Shown here: positions 36,216 to 45,634 of the stretch, piece after piece
Layout: each line of letters begins with the position of its first letter
How positions within the stretch are numbered: the first letter of the stretch is position 1
IMG/VR virus record: IMGVR_UViG_3300020392_000005
DNA length: 64,000 bases
Reading direction: 5' to 3' (one strand)
From: a virus
Notes under the pieces: generated by a model
The model's database searches: none
Told to the model about the DNA's origin: nothing
Seen by the model: the letters and a program-made list of their open reading frames with translations, nothing else
Translations under genes and position numbers: made by a program

Positions 36216-36710
36216 TTAAGCGTCTGCAAATTCTGTATCGTCACCTTGGTCACCTGCGATAGATGACATAGCAACTAGTACTTCTGTCTGCACTCTTCCA
36301 CTTCTTCCACCAGAACCGGCTACTCTTCGTACCCAACCAGCGTGTGCTGTTTTTGTAGTACCAACACCTTGTTCAGTAGTGTCAACACCGAATACTTTTG
36401 TCGGGTCTCCTTGAGTACCAGATGAATTGGCACTTTCAGAAGTTGTTACCGATTTAGGTTTTTCGGATAAAGTGTATGCTGTAGCACTTCCTACTGCTGT
36501 TAATGTTGCACCAGGTACACCAGCAACAACCGTTGCTGAAGTATCACTAGCAATAGCAGTAATTAAGTAATCTTCGCTTGCAACTCTAATATAGTCTCCA
36601 ACAGCTGCTTGTGTTGTTAAAGCAGTTGAAGAACCAGTAACCGCACCAGCAGAGCTGATTGCTACCGTTCCTGAAGCTGTTTTAGAGTCCTTGTTTCCCC
36701 ACGCACTCAT
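36216..36710 (-). CDS. Putative virion structural protein (Ala/Thr/Gly-rich)
   Basis: MS.WG..D...HAGWV...GRSGRV..E.LVA motif; own late promoter and terminator. Confidence 0.75.
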   Translation of the reverse strand: MSAWGNKDSKTASGTVAISSAGAVTGSSTALTTQAAVGDYIRVASEDYLITAIASDTSATVVAGVPGATLTAVGSATAYTLSEKPKSVTTSESANSSGTQGDPTKVFGVDTTEQGVGTTKTAHAGWVRRVAGSGGRSGRVQTEVLVAMSSIAGDQGDDTEFADA

Positions 36711-36770
36711 AGTTGTTCTCCTATTTCTAAATTAATTTTTAAGCTTAAAGATTAATCTAATCTTCGTTAT

Positions 36771-36778
36771 TATTTATA
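36771..36778 (-). promoter_or_regulatory. T4-type late promoter
   Basis: TATAAATA. Confidence 0.85.
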
Positions 36779-36779
36779 A

Positions 36780-37364
36780 CTATTTGAAACCTAGTTTTTT
36801 GAGTTGGGATATAGTGTTGGAAGTAGAGGTGTGTAGTATTCCGATACCGCCTCTTGCTTTGAATTGTGATATGTTCTTTGAATAGTCGTCAATCAGTATA
36901 GTAGGCATACCTCCTACTTTAGCAAAGTTTTGTTTCTCTCTTCTTTTTACTAGATTAACTTTTGCACCAGACATACCTAATCTTGTTCTAGCCCATTTAC
37001 TTTTGCCAGGTATACAATTAGGGTCAGTAGTTTGTTCTACGAAAGCAGATAATATGTGTGGGTCATACTTATTAATAAATGACCATAGTCTTTGACCACC
37101 TGGATTCCAAGGTAGATTACTCCAGAAGTTAGGAGTATTCATAATTGGTTTCCACTTATCTCTTATTGTCTTAAATTTTGTTCTAGGTTCTTTTGCCCAT
37201 TGGGACATAGGCATACCAACTGCTCTTTCTGCAGCCTGTTCAAAATTACACAGGACTCCGTCCATATCACAATAAATTCTAGGTAGTTTTTTGTCAACGA
37301 GAGAATACTCGTTTAGGTTTTTTACCTGATAGATAACATCTTGTCTTAATTCTTTAAACTTCAT
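36780..37364 (-). CDS. HAD-superfamily phosphatase (5'(3')-nucleotidase-like)
   Basis: IYCDMDGVL, ILS, GK..W, LIDD motifs; start moved to MKFKEL. Confidence 0.88.
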   Translation of the reverse strand: MKFKELRQDVIYQVKNLNEYSLVDKKLPRIYCDMDGVLCNFEQAAERAVGMPMSQWAKEPRTKFKTIRDKWKPIMNTPNFWSNLPWNPGGQRLWSFINKYDPHILSAFVEQTTDPNCIPGKSKWARTRLGMSGAKVNLVKRREKQNFAKVGGMPTILIDDYSKNISQFKARGGIGILHTSTSNTISQLKKLGFK

Positions 37365-37390
37365 AGTGTTTCCTTGTCTCATTATGCTTT

Positions 37391-37432
37391 ATTATTACAC
37401 ATTTTCTAGCAAAAGTCAAGCAAAAAATGAGC
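37391..37432 (-). promoter_or_regulatory. Sigma70-type promoter with GCTC upstream box
   Basis: GCTCATTTTTTGCTTGACT...TAATAAT. Confidence 0.7.
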
Positions 37433-37438
37433 AATTTT

Positions 37439-37744
37439 TTACACTTGATAGTCTATTTTAGGGTTTACTTCTACCTTATCTGACTTTGTTTTGTTATCTG
37501 TTAATTTCTTTTCAGGTGCCTTTGATTTAATGTCTAAAGGGTCTTTCTCTACTGCATTTTTAGGTAGAACCGTATCACCAGAATGGTCTTCTTTCTTTGC
37601 TCTTAATTTTGCAAGGTCAGAACCATCTATTTTACCGTTCTTGTTAACATCTAATTTCTTTTGTTTAGGTGTTAACTTTTCATTTACTTTAGAGATTGCG
37701 TCTTCTAACGAACCTGGTTTAATATCTAAATATCTTTTTCCCAT
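37439..37744 (-). CDS. Small putative internal protein with EF-hand-like loop
   Basis: KQKKLDVNKNGKIDG.D..KLR module. Confidence 0.7.
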   Translation of the reverse strand: MGKRYLDIKPGSLEDAISKVNEKLTPKQKKLDVNKNGKIDGSDLAKLRAKKEDHSGDTVLPKNAVEKDPLDIKSKAPEKKLTDNKTKSDKVEVNPKIDYQV

Positions 37745-39903
37745 TATTTACTTCCTCTAACTTTCTTTGCTAAATCTTTATCTGCACCGCCCCAAGTACC
37801 ACTTGATTTGGTTACAAAAGAGTTTACTCTAGCAAGTGCCCATTGTTGTTGTGTAGCACCTGGTCTATGACCACCTTTCCACGCAGCCATTCCTCTATCA
37901 TAAACTTTCTTTAAAATAGAATACGGCATACCTGTCTTATCAGCTTTGTTTCTTACTGCTTTAATACTTTCATAAGTCATTTTAGCAGGATGATTTTTGT
38001 TTTCTACTTTCATTTTTTTCTTTACCATATTAGTTGCGGTACCGTATCTTACATCATCGCCTTTTTCTTTACCATATCTATCTCTAAATGATTTCTTTGG
38101 TAAGTCATCAGCAACTTTGTGTACCATTTTTATTTGTTTTTTAGATAGGTCAGCTTCAGTTTTAAGTGCCTTCTCTAAATCTTTTGCTTGTTTAGTATGT
38201 GCCTTAACTGCACCTTTCAATTGTTTGATAACATCTTTTACAGCAGGTTTATCTTTACTATCTAAATCTTCTTTCTTCATTTCTTTGTCTCTTAATAATT
38301 TGTTTGCGAGACCTATTGATAATGGTACCTCACCTGTATCTGGATTAGGTTCAGGTTTTACAGCTTTATTCTTTTCTATTTCTAATTTCTGTTTAAGTAA
38401 TGCGACTTGGTCTTTTAGAGCAGCGATACTCTCTTTAGATTTATCTTCTTTCTCTTTAGACTTATCTTCGTCTTTACCTTTTAACATATCTTTTAATTTC
38501 ATTTTTTCCTCTGGTTCTTGTTCTTGTTCAAACATACTACCAAATATTCTAGCGTATGGGTCTCTTGCATATAAGTGACCGCCGTGTGTATCAAATCTAG
38601 TTTTTAACTTATTCATAAAGTCTTTGTTGGTTACATTACCTCTTGCACCTTTGGCAGGAGCATTAACACCAGCAGGTTTAAATAAGTCACCTGTATTCTT
38701 ATCTATGAAAGCGTGTATACTTCTCTTCTGTCCGTTTTCTGTATCGTGTATCTTAATGTATTTAGGACCTACCGTTTTCATTAAATCTCTTTTTTGTTTT
38801 GCATAAAGACCTTTGAAACTAGGATGATTTTTAATCTTGTCTTGTCCTATCTTAATGTAATCATCAACGCCTTTCATTACGGCAGCGTTTTCTGCTACAT
38901 ATTCTTCTTTCTGCATAACTCTTACATCATCGCCAAACTTTGCGACAACTTGTTTGTGTATGTTCTCTATATCTTTTGCACTATCAACTCTTACTTCTGA
39001 ACCAGAAGCTGATAGTTCACCACCACCAATCTTACCTTTAAACATATTGGCAACTTGTTTTGCTTGTGATGAGTTCTTACACATATATTCAATGTATTCT
39101 GCATATTCTTTTAATTCGTTTTCTTCTCTAATTCTTACATAAAATCTATTGTTAAATGGTGATTGATAACCGTCTGCTTTAGCACCTTTGTTTGATTGCA
39201 TATAAGCACTAGCGGCATTTCTTGCCATTGTCATATTAGGATAAACCTTATCTAAAACTTTTGTACCATTTCTTAATTTCATAGTCTCTTCTTTAGTAGG
39301 TTTCATACCTTGTTTTTTTAATCTGTCTATGTCTGCTTCTGACGGAGCGTTCTCATTAGTTTCTGTATTATTATCTTTATAGTCGTCTGTCTTTTTCTTT
39401 TGAATACCTTTAGCGCCGTGGTCACTAGTATGTGTTTCTGTAATCTCTTCCCAAGATTTATTTTCAAAAGCAGATAACTTAACTCCTTTAGGTACTTGAA
39501 TACCTTTCTGTATCATACGACTAGCAGCCATCGCTGAAAGAAAAGGAATGTCTGCTTTGTAAAGTTTAGGTAGTTGTGAATTTGTAATTTTGTCAAAGAT
39601 GTTTCTTAATTGATTAGCTCTTGCAAGTGAAATTCTTGCACCTTTAAGTCCTGAATATTCTTTTTTAAGTTTCTGTATTTGTGCGTCTGTAAACTCCCAC
39701 AACATACTTTCAGGTAAGTCTTCCTCACCTAGTATTGACTTAACCGTAGACAACGGAAGTTTCATCTTCTTTGCTATCTCTTCAGGTGATGAACCACCTG
39801 CGAACATAGTGGCAATTGTTTTCATCTTACCTTCGTCTAGCTGTATATCGTTTGCCCAGACTTCAGCGATTGCTTCTGCCATTGTCTTTTTGTATCTTGT
39901 CAT
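37744..39903 (-). CDS. Large modular putative internal head (poly)protein
   Basis: Lys-rich modules separated by (L/I/V)xE sites; C-terminal VY.RGMAAW..GHRPGA..QQWA.ARVNSF domain. Confidence 0.7.
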   Translation of the reverse strand: MTRYKKTMAEAIAEVWANDIQLDEGKMKTIATMFAGGSSPEEIAKKMKLPLSTVKSILGEEDLPESMLWEFTDAQIQKLKKEYSGLKGARISLARANQLRNIFDKITNSQLPKLYKADIPFLSAMAASRMIQKGIQVPKGVKLSAFENKSWEEITETHTSDHGAKGIQKKKTDDYKDNNTETNENAPSEADIDRLKKQGMKPTKEETMKLRNGTKVLDKVYPNMTMARNAASAYMQSNKGAKADGYQSPFNNRFYVRIREENELKEYAEYIEYMCKNSSQAKQVANMFKGKIGGGELSASGSEVRVDSAKDIENIHKQVVAKFGDDVRVMQKEEYVAENAAVMKGVDDYIKIGQDKIKNHPSFKGLYAKQKRDLMKTVGPKYIKIHDTENGQKRSIHAFIDKNTGDLFKPAGVNAPAKGARGNVTNKDFMNKLKTRFDTHGGHLYARDPYARIFGSMFEQEQEPEEKMKLKDMLKGKDEDKSKEKEDKSKESIAALKDQVALLKQKLEIEKNKAVKPEPNPDTGEVPLSIGLANKLLRDKEMKKEDLDSKDKPAVKDVIKQLKGAVKAHTKQAKDLEKALKTEADLSKKQIKMVHKVADDLPKKSFRDRYGKEKGDDVRYGTATNMVKKKMKVENKNHPAKMTYESIKAVRNKADKTGMPYSILKKVYDRGMAAWKGGHRPGATQQQWALARVNSFVTKSSGTWGGADKDLAKKVRGSK

Positions 39904-40199
39904 TTTTTTTCCTCGTATTCTTTAATGTCTATTATTAATCTACCTTCACCTTTGTGTAATCTATGATACACCATTTTAGGTATATAATACTCACTACCTA
40001 CTTTTAACTCTTCAGGCAACTGATTATCCATTTGAAGTTTCCAATTAACACCAGAGACAATCTTAATCTTTCTATCTAACTTGTCTCTATGCCAAATTAG
40101 TTCTTTGTCTTCAATGTCATTATTGAAAACTCTCTGGTGTATACCATTTGTTTTAAAATCAGTATACGGTTTACCAAAAGAAGTTTCCACCATTGCCAA
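39900..40199 (-). CDS. Cupin-like small protein
   Basis: EL.WHRD..DR, W..Q.DN.LP, HRL.KG motif. Confidence 0.7.
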   Translation of the reverse strand: MAMVETSFGKPYTDFKTNGIHQRVFNNDIEDKELIWHRDKLDRKIKIVSGVNWKLQMDNQLPEELKVGSEYYIPKMVYHRLHKGEGRLIIDIKEYEEKK

Positions 40200-40707
40200 G
40201 TCCTAAACTCTTTGCATATCTAGGCAAATTACAAGCCCAATATGACGCCTTTGTTTTATCCTTTTGACTAGCACATCTATGTCTAGCTGCAAAGGACTTT
40301 CTAGCTTTGGGGTCGTTTAGTTTCACTTTCAATCCTGTTGTATCTCCCCAAGTCACCTTCTTAATCTTATCGCCGTCTTTGACGAATACATAAAACTTTT
40401 TAGGTCCACCTCTTTTAGGTTTGTTCAAAGGAGGATTCTTTTCCTCTTCTGCAATCGGTATATCTAAAGGCACATTTTGCTCTTCGTATATACCAAACTC
40501 ACCTATATCAGTTGATAGTAATTCTCTATCCCAAGCACTATCTACTTCTAATAGACCTTCATTATACATATCTCTTGCCTCTCTAAACAAGGCATAAAAT
40601 TCTTCACTATGAATACGATAGATGTTATTCGCTAGAGGTATGTTATTCTCTATGTGATAATGCAACGACTTCGTTATCTTTTCTGCGTAATCACTAAATC
40701 TTAACAT
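40171..40707 (-). CDS. Putative internal protein with basic C-terminal domain
   Basis: MLRFSDYAE; LNKPKRGG.KKFYV.V, ARKSFAARH.C, YWAC. Confidence 0.7.
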   Translation of the reverse strand: MLRFSDYAEKITKSLHYHIENNIPLANNIYRIHSEEFYALFREARDMYNEGLLEVDSAWDRELLSTDIGEFGIYEEQNVPLDIPIAEEEKNPPLNKPKRGGPKKFYVFVKDGDKIKKVTWGDTTGLKVKLNDPKARKSFAARHRCASQKDKTKASYWACNLPRYAKSLGLGNGGNFFW

Positions 40708-43636
40708 ACTCTTTAAACGATTGCACTTTCAACCGTTCCTCCATCTTTTTCACAGCTTCGTCAATCTCTTTTTGATACTCTTCGCCGTATCGTTTCTTAT
40801 ATTTATCAATAGTCTCACTTGAAGCAGCCCACTCTTTTATATCTTCTGTGGTAATCTTCTCTGGTGCTTGTTCAGCACGCTTTTTAGTGTCTACTGATTT
40901 CTCATTTGGCGTCTGTCCAGGCGTGATTTCTTTAGTATGATTGGCATAATCAGCACCTATTTCGTATGCTTCTTTGCCGTACATCTGGTTAAATTTCTTT
41001 GTGTGTTTAGATGTTTTAGTCTTTGCACCTTTATCACCTGGGGCAGCTTTGTAATCACTATCTTTGTCTGATTTACTATACTTCTGTTTAGAGAAATGAC
41101 TTGCTCTCTTTTCTTTTTCACCTTTTTTCAAATCTTTATAGTATTTTTTAGGTTGTGTTCCGTCTTTCTTTTTGACATCTTTATCTTGTGGTAACTTCTT
41201 ACCATATGCTTCTTTTAGTTTCATATCTATTTCTTTCTCGGACATAGCTTCAAAACCATAATCTACATTTAAATCGTGTTCGTGTATTCTAACTTCATCT
41301 ACTTGTGGTGTAGGAATACAATCCCATATCCAACATTTGTGTAAGTTAGAATTGTTATCTTCTAATACAATGTAATTTGTTCCTCTTCTTACTACTTTAC
41401 CAGAAACATCTTGTTTTTGGTCTTCAACTATATCGTCTTGTTTAAATAATTGTTCTCTTATGTAAAGGTCTCTTACCTGCCATTGAGTAAAGTTTTCAAT
41501 AGAAGATATAGGTTTCATAGTACCTAATCCGTGAGATTGCATATTCGCTTGTAAGTTCATACCTTTTCTAACTAGACCAAACAACTTCTGTTTGTCTCTA
41601 AATGAAGTAGGTAATCCTCTTTGAAAAGATTTAAAATCATCTTTTGCGGCTGCGTCTCTCATCTTACTTGCACTCATACCTGTTGCACCTTCAGCGTCTG
41701 GGTCTCTTTCGCCAGCACTTACAACATTAATTTTATCGTACTCGTAATCAGTACCTCTTGCCTTTACGCCGTTATATCTGTTTAGTAGTGTTTCAAATTC
41801 TCTTACTCTATCTGAACCAACTACCATTGTTATTTCGTTTGCTTTACCATTTAGTTTATTGATAACTTCAATCGCTGTTCTAGCGCCAGGTATTTGTTTT
41901 ATCTTACTAGCATATCTAGGAAACATTGATTTCATAATTCTAATTTTGTCATCAACTTTTAATGGATTCTTTTTACTATCAAAAGAACCACTAGGTACTA
42001 TAATAAAATCATTTGCACCTACACTCGCAACTTTATTAATAAGTTTTTCGTGTCCTATTGTTGGTGGATTAAATCTACCAAAGGTAAATGCAATATGTTT
42101 TTTAGGTGTACCTGTTGCTTCTTTTAAACTATCTATTTCTCTATCTGTTATATTACCATCATCTAAAATATCTTTACACTTCTTATAGAATTTTAAGTAA
42201 TGGTATTTCTCTAACATTTTATAGATAACATTTTTAGGAAGTTTGTGTTTCTTACCAAACTCTCTAATTTCTTCTGGCGACATATCACTTTGAAATGCAG
42301 CTTGTCTGTCTTGTATAACTTGGTCGCCTGTATCAATGATAGATTGTATACTATCTTCAATCTCATCTAATTTATTTCTTATCATAGATTGTAGATTGTC
42401 AACATCATCATTTGATAATCCTCTTAATTCTTTGTAATCAATTATATCTCTTACTAGTTCGCCTTTGACAACATCTAACTCCATAACTTTCTTACCGAAG
42501 TCGTCCATATATTTGTCTTTGTCAAACTCTTCTTTCTCTGGTCTTCTGACAAACTTATTATTCTCTACATCAAATACGCCATCTGCCATACTATCATTTT
42601 TCTCTTTGACAGCAGGGTCTACTATTACAAAATAATTGATTGGGTGTTTAGTACCTGGTACTAGTTTACCATTTACATCTTTTAAGTTCTTTCTTAATGC
42701 CTCTAACGCAGCTTCTCTTTCTTCTTCTTTGACATCAAACAATATATTAATATCTAAATCTGCGTCTTCTCTATATCTCTTTGTTAAGATAGAACCGATT
42801 AATGAATACTTTTTGATTGGGTGATATTGTGCAAATTGTTTTAGTTGTGCGTCTATCATATCTTTCACAACTTTTTTTAATTTAGGATTGTTTGTTTCTG
42901 CGTCATCAAATACGCCAGGTGCATATCTCTTTCTAGGAATATCTATAATACTTTCCTGAATATTAACCATATTGATTAATTTTTTAGCAATCTTAACACT
43001 TTCCTCGTGGTCAGAAGGATAATGCCAACCTGCAATAACTCTTCCATAACCACACTCGTCAGCAAGTTCAATAAGATTATCTTTATGTTTAGGATATAAT
43101 TTACCATAGTATTCTGCAAGTAATCTACTTTGCAAACTATGACCTGATGGATACGCAGGAGTTTTCATAGTATCAGAAATTAATTCCATACTATCAAACT
43201 TTAAATTCATTGCGTCTGCAAGTTCATATGGTCTAGGTCTTTGAAATTTATTCTTGTAATATCTAACAACACCACTACCTGCTTTTTTAATCTCGCTTAT
43301 ATCACTATCTTTGTATTCTAAATTGTTTTCATCTAGGTATTTTTTTATACCATAAAAAGTTTCTTGGTCGTGGTTCTCTACACTTTTTTCTATATCACTA
43401 TTTCTACTCTTAAATAGTTCTATCATAGTGTTCATTTCATCTTTAGTTTCAGGACTATCGTTCTCTGGTGGCGTCTCTACATCAATATCTTTCCAGTTAC
43501 CATCTATATTCTGTACAGGTTTAGGTTCTACTTTAGGGTGTGTCAAATCATTTAGGTCTTCGTCAACCATCTTCTTTCTTTTAAGAAGTTCTTTCACATA
43601 GTTTCTATAATATGCGTTTTGAAAATTATCTGGCAT
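40694..43636 (-). CDS. Multidomain protein: PAP2 phosphatase + Pol-beta-type nucleotidyltransferase + HIGH-type (cytidylyl/adenylyl)transferase + basic tail
   Basis: K..F.RPRP / YPSGH / R...G.HYPSD; IGS...DADLD; FGRFNPPTIGH, VVGSDR, SAG.RDPD, MSASKMR. Confidence 0.88.
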   Translation of the reverse strand: MPDNFQNAYYRNYVKELLKRKKMVDEDLNDLTHPKVEPKPVQNIDGNWKDIDVETPPENDSPETKDEMNTMIELFKSRNSDIEKSVENHDQETFYGIKKYLDENNLEYKDSDISEIKKAGSGVVRYYKNKFQRPRPYELADAMNLKFDSMELISDTMKTPAYPSGHSLQSRLLAEYYGKLYPKHKDNLIELADECGYGRVIAGWHYPSDHEESVKIAKKLINMVNIQESIIDIPRKRYAPGVFDDAETNNPKLKKVVKDMIDAQLKQFAQYHPIKKYSLIGSILTKRYREDADLDINILFDVKEEEREAALEALRKNLKDVNGKLVPGTKHPINYFVIVDPAVKEKNDSMADGVFDVENNKFVRRPEKEEFDKDKYMDDFGKKVMELDVVKGELVRDIIDYKELRGLSNDDVDNLQSMIRNKLDEIEDSIQSIIDTGDQVIQDRQAAFQSDMSPEEIREFGKKHKLPKNVIYKMLEKYHYLKFYKKCKDILDDGNITDREIDSLKEATGTPKKHIAFTFGRFNPPTIGHEKLINKVASVGANDFIIVPSGSFDSKKNPLKVDDKIRIMKSMFPRYASKIKQIPGARTAIEVINKLNGKANEITMVVGSDRVREFETLLNRYNGVKARGTDYEYDKINVVSAGERDPDAEGATGMSASKMRDAAAKDDFKSFQRGLPTSFRDKQKLFGLVRKGMNLQANMQSHGLGTMKPISSIENFTQWQVRDLYIREQLFKQDDIVEDQKQDVSGKVVRRGTNYIVLEDNNSNLHKCWIWDCIPTPQVDEVRIHEHDLNVDYGFEAMSEKEIDMKLKEAYGKKLPQDKDVKKKDGTQPKKYYKDLKKGEKEKRASHFSKQKYSKSDKDSDYKAAPGDKGAKTKTSKHTKKFNQMYGKEAYEIGADYANHTKEITPGQTPNEKSVDTKKRAEQAPEKITTEDIKEWAASSETIDKYKKRYGEEYQKEIDEAVKKMEERLKVQSFKEYVKI

Positions 43637-44303
43637 TGCTTCTCTTTAATTGTAGTTCTTTTTCTATCCACTTTTTCGCTACATAATTTTGTACAGGAAC
43701 ACTAATTAATCTCCTTACTTGTTTAAATACTTTTAATAGTTCATCTTCTTTTGCGTCATTGTTATCAACGACTATCATATTTCTCATACCAAACATATTT
43801 TGAAATCTACCGATATTATTTTGTACGGTTTGCCAACTCTTTCTAGTAATATCTTCTGGCACGCTTCTAGTTCTAATTCTATTTCTTTGTAATGCAACTT
43901 CTAAACTAGTGTTTACAAATATCATATAAGTGTCATAACCTAACATCTGTAGCATACTTCTTTGTTTATTAATTACATTATAATCTCTACCTGTTGCGTC
44001 TATAACTAAACCTAGTCTACCTCTAATGTATCTGTCCATCTGGTCGCCTGTAATCTGTTTTGCTCTTTGTCTCAATGGGTCTCTAGCACTTGCTTCATTA
44101 TCAGGCATTTTCAATGATAGACCTGCTTTCTTTAGATACATTTCAAATCTTGTATCAGAATTAACCATCTTTAAACCTAATCCTAAAGTTGTTCTATTGG
44201 TTACATAAGTCTTACCAGAACCAGGACCACCTGCAAGAAAAAATGCTTTGAATATTCCTGGGTCGTAAACACCTTCTTGTATTATAGATTTAAATTGTTT
44301 CAT
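43626..44303 (-). CDS. P-loop kinase (Zeta toxin/PNK-like)
   Basis: GGPGSGKT, VID.T, AL.RN..R.R.VP. Confidence 0.85.
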   Translation of the reverse strand: MKQFKSIIQEGVYDPGIFKAFFLAGGPGSGKTYVTNRTTLGLGLKMVNSDTRFEMYLKKAGLSLKMPDNEASARDPLRQRAKQITGDQMDRYIRGRLGLVIDATGRDYNVINKQRSMLQMLGYDTYMIFVNTSLEVALQRNRIRTRSVPEDITRKSWQTVQNNIGRFQNMFGMRNMIVVDNNDAKEDELLKVFKQVRRLISVPVQNYVAKKWIEKELQLKRSNAR

Positions 44304-44590
44304 ACTTTATATAGAGTATACTTTAAAGTTATCTCTTCTCCTTTTTTAATATCTTTTAATGTTTGCACATAAAACTTACCATCAACTTCTATCTTCTGTA
44401 CATTTGGTTTATCACTATGATTTATGAAACCACCTAGTGGCGTTCTATATAATTCTCTTCCATAGTTCAACCAACCTATACCCAAGTCTGTCCACTTGTC
44501 AATCTTCTTTGTTGCGAAAACTCCGTAACCTTCTATGGGCGATAACTTTAGTGTCAAATTATCAGGCAAAGGTCTATACTTATCTGTCAT
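44300..44590 (-). CDS. Minimal SET-domain protein (lysine methyltransferase fold)
   Basis: GYGVFA, FINHS..PN, DI..GEEIT..Y. Confidence 0.9.
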   Translation of the reverse strand: MTDKYRPLPDNLTLKLSPIEGYGVFATKKIDKWTDLGIGWLNYGRELYRTPLGGFINHSDKPNVQKIEVDGKFYVQTLKDIKKGEEITLKYTLYKV

Positions 44591-44894
44591 CTCCGCTACC
44601 GTGTATCTTGTCCTCTTCTAATCGTTTCTGTAATTTAAATATATTAGATTGTGCTACATCATCTAATCGTATATCTAAATCGTTTGCTAATGCACTAACA
44701 TACCATAGTACATCACCTAATTCTTTTTTAATATCTTCTTTTGAGAAAGTGTTACCGTCTCTCATATTCTTTTTAATTTTATCTGCAACTTCGCCAACTT
44801 CTGAACAAAGTCCTATCATAGGATAAGTTATCTTATCTTTTGCAGGATAAACTGCTGATGATATACTTAATGCTTGATAATCATTAAAGTTCAT
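44580..44894 (-). CDS. mazG: MazG-like nucleotide pyrophosphohydrolase
   Basis: GL.SEVGEV..K.KK, ELGDVLWY, N..KL..R. Confidence 0.92.
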   Translation of the reverse strand: MNFNDYQALSISSAVYPAKDKITYPMIGLCSEVGEVADKIKKNMRDGNTFSKEDIKKELGDVLWYVSALANDLDIRLDDVAQSNIFKLQKRLEEDKIHGSGDDR

Positions 44895-45468
44895 TTTGTA
44901 TCTCCTTTATAATATCTTTCGCAATATCACCAGGCTCTTTTCCTTGTGCCTTAATACTAACAAAGCCTGGTTGTCTTTTGAAGTAATCAATCGCTGGACC
45001 TGTTTCTTTTTTATACAAGGCAATTCTATCAGATATAATATCTGGTTTATCATCGGCTCTTCCTCTCTTTGTCAATCTTCTAATTACTTCTTCTTTATCC
45101 ACATCTAAAAATACAACAACATCATAACCTATGCCAAACTTTTCCATATCTCTAACTTGTTGCATATATCTAGGATAACCATCTAGTACATAACCTTTTG
45201 TTGCACTTGCAACTTCTTTTCTAATAAGTTTTAAAACTATATCGTTAGGTGCAAACTTACCTTGGTCTAATAAATTCTTAATCTTCTGACCATCAGGACC
45301 ACCTTTGTCAATTTCTTTTCTCAATAAACCACCTGGGTATATGTGTTTGATACCAAAGTGTCTAATGATGTATTCAGAATAGGTTGACTTACCTGAACCA
45401 GGACCACCCATAATGACTACACGAACCATCTTGGCTTCTTTTAAAAAATTAACAAATGTCTGTACCAT
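44884..45468 (-). CDS. adk: Adenylate kinase (short type)
   Basis: GGPGSGKST, G.LLR, LDGYPR...Q, R.R.DD. Confidence 0.92.
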   Translation of the reverse strand: MVQTFVNFLKEAKMVRVVIMGGPGSGKSTYSEYIIRHFGIKHIYPGGLLRKEIDKGGPDGQKIKNLLDQGKFAPNDIVLKLIRKEVASATKGYVLDGYPRYMQQVRDMEKFGIGYDVVVFLDVDKEEVIRRLTKRGRADDKPDIISDRIALYKKETGPAIDYFKRQPGFVSIKAQGKEPGDIAKDIIKEIQNEL

Positions 45469-45502
45469 TCTTTCTCCTGTTTCTGTTTCTAAAAAAATCT
45501 TT

Positions 45503-45634
45503 CTATCCTATTAAATACATTATTAAAATACCGATTGCTAATCCTTCTAACCACGCCAGATATACTGACTTCAAAGGATGCTCGTGTATGAAATTAAACT
45601 TCCAGTCTAATATTTCTTTTATAAATTTTTTCAT
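45503..45634 (-). CDS. Small membrane protein (43 aa)
   Basis: Manual ORF MKKFIKEILDW...AWLEGLAIGILIMYLIG. Confidence 0.6.
   Translation of the reverse strand: MKKFIKEILDWKFNFIHEHPLKSVYLAWLEGLAIGILIMYLIG

Noticed and set aside
43626-44303. Zeta toxin-antitoxin system
   Set aside because: No epsilon-like antitoxin is adjacent, and the context favours a nucleotide or polynucleotide kinase.
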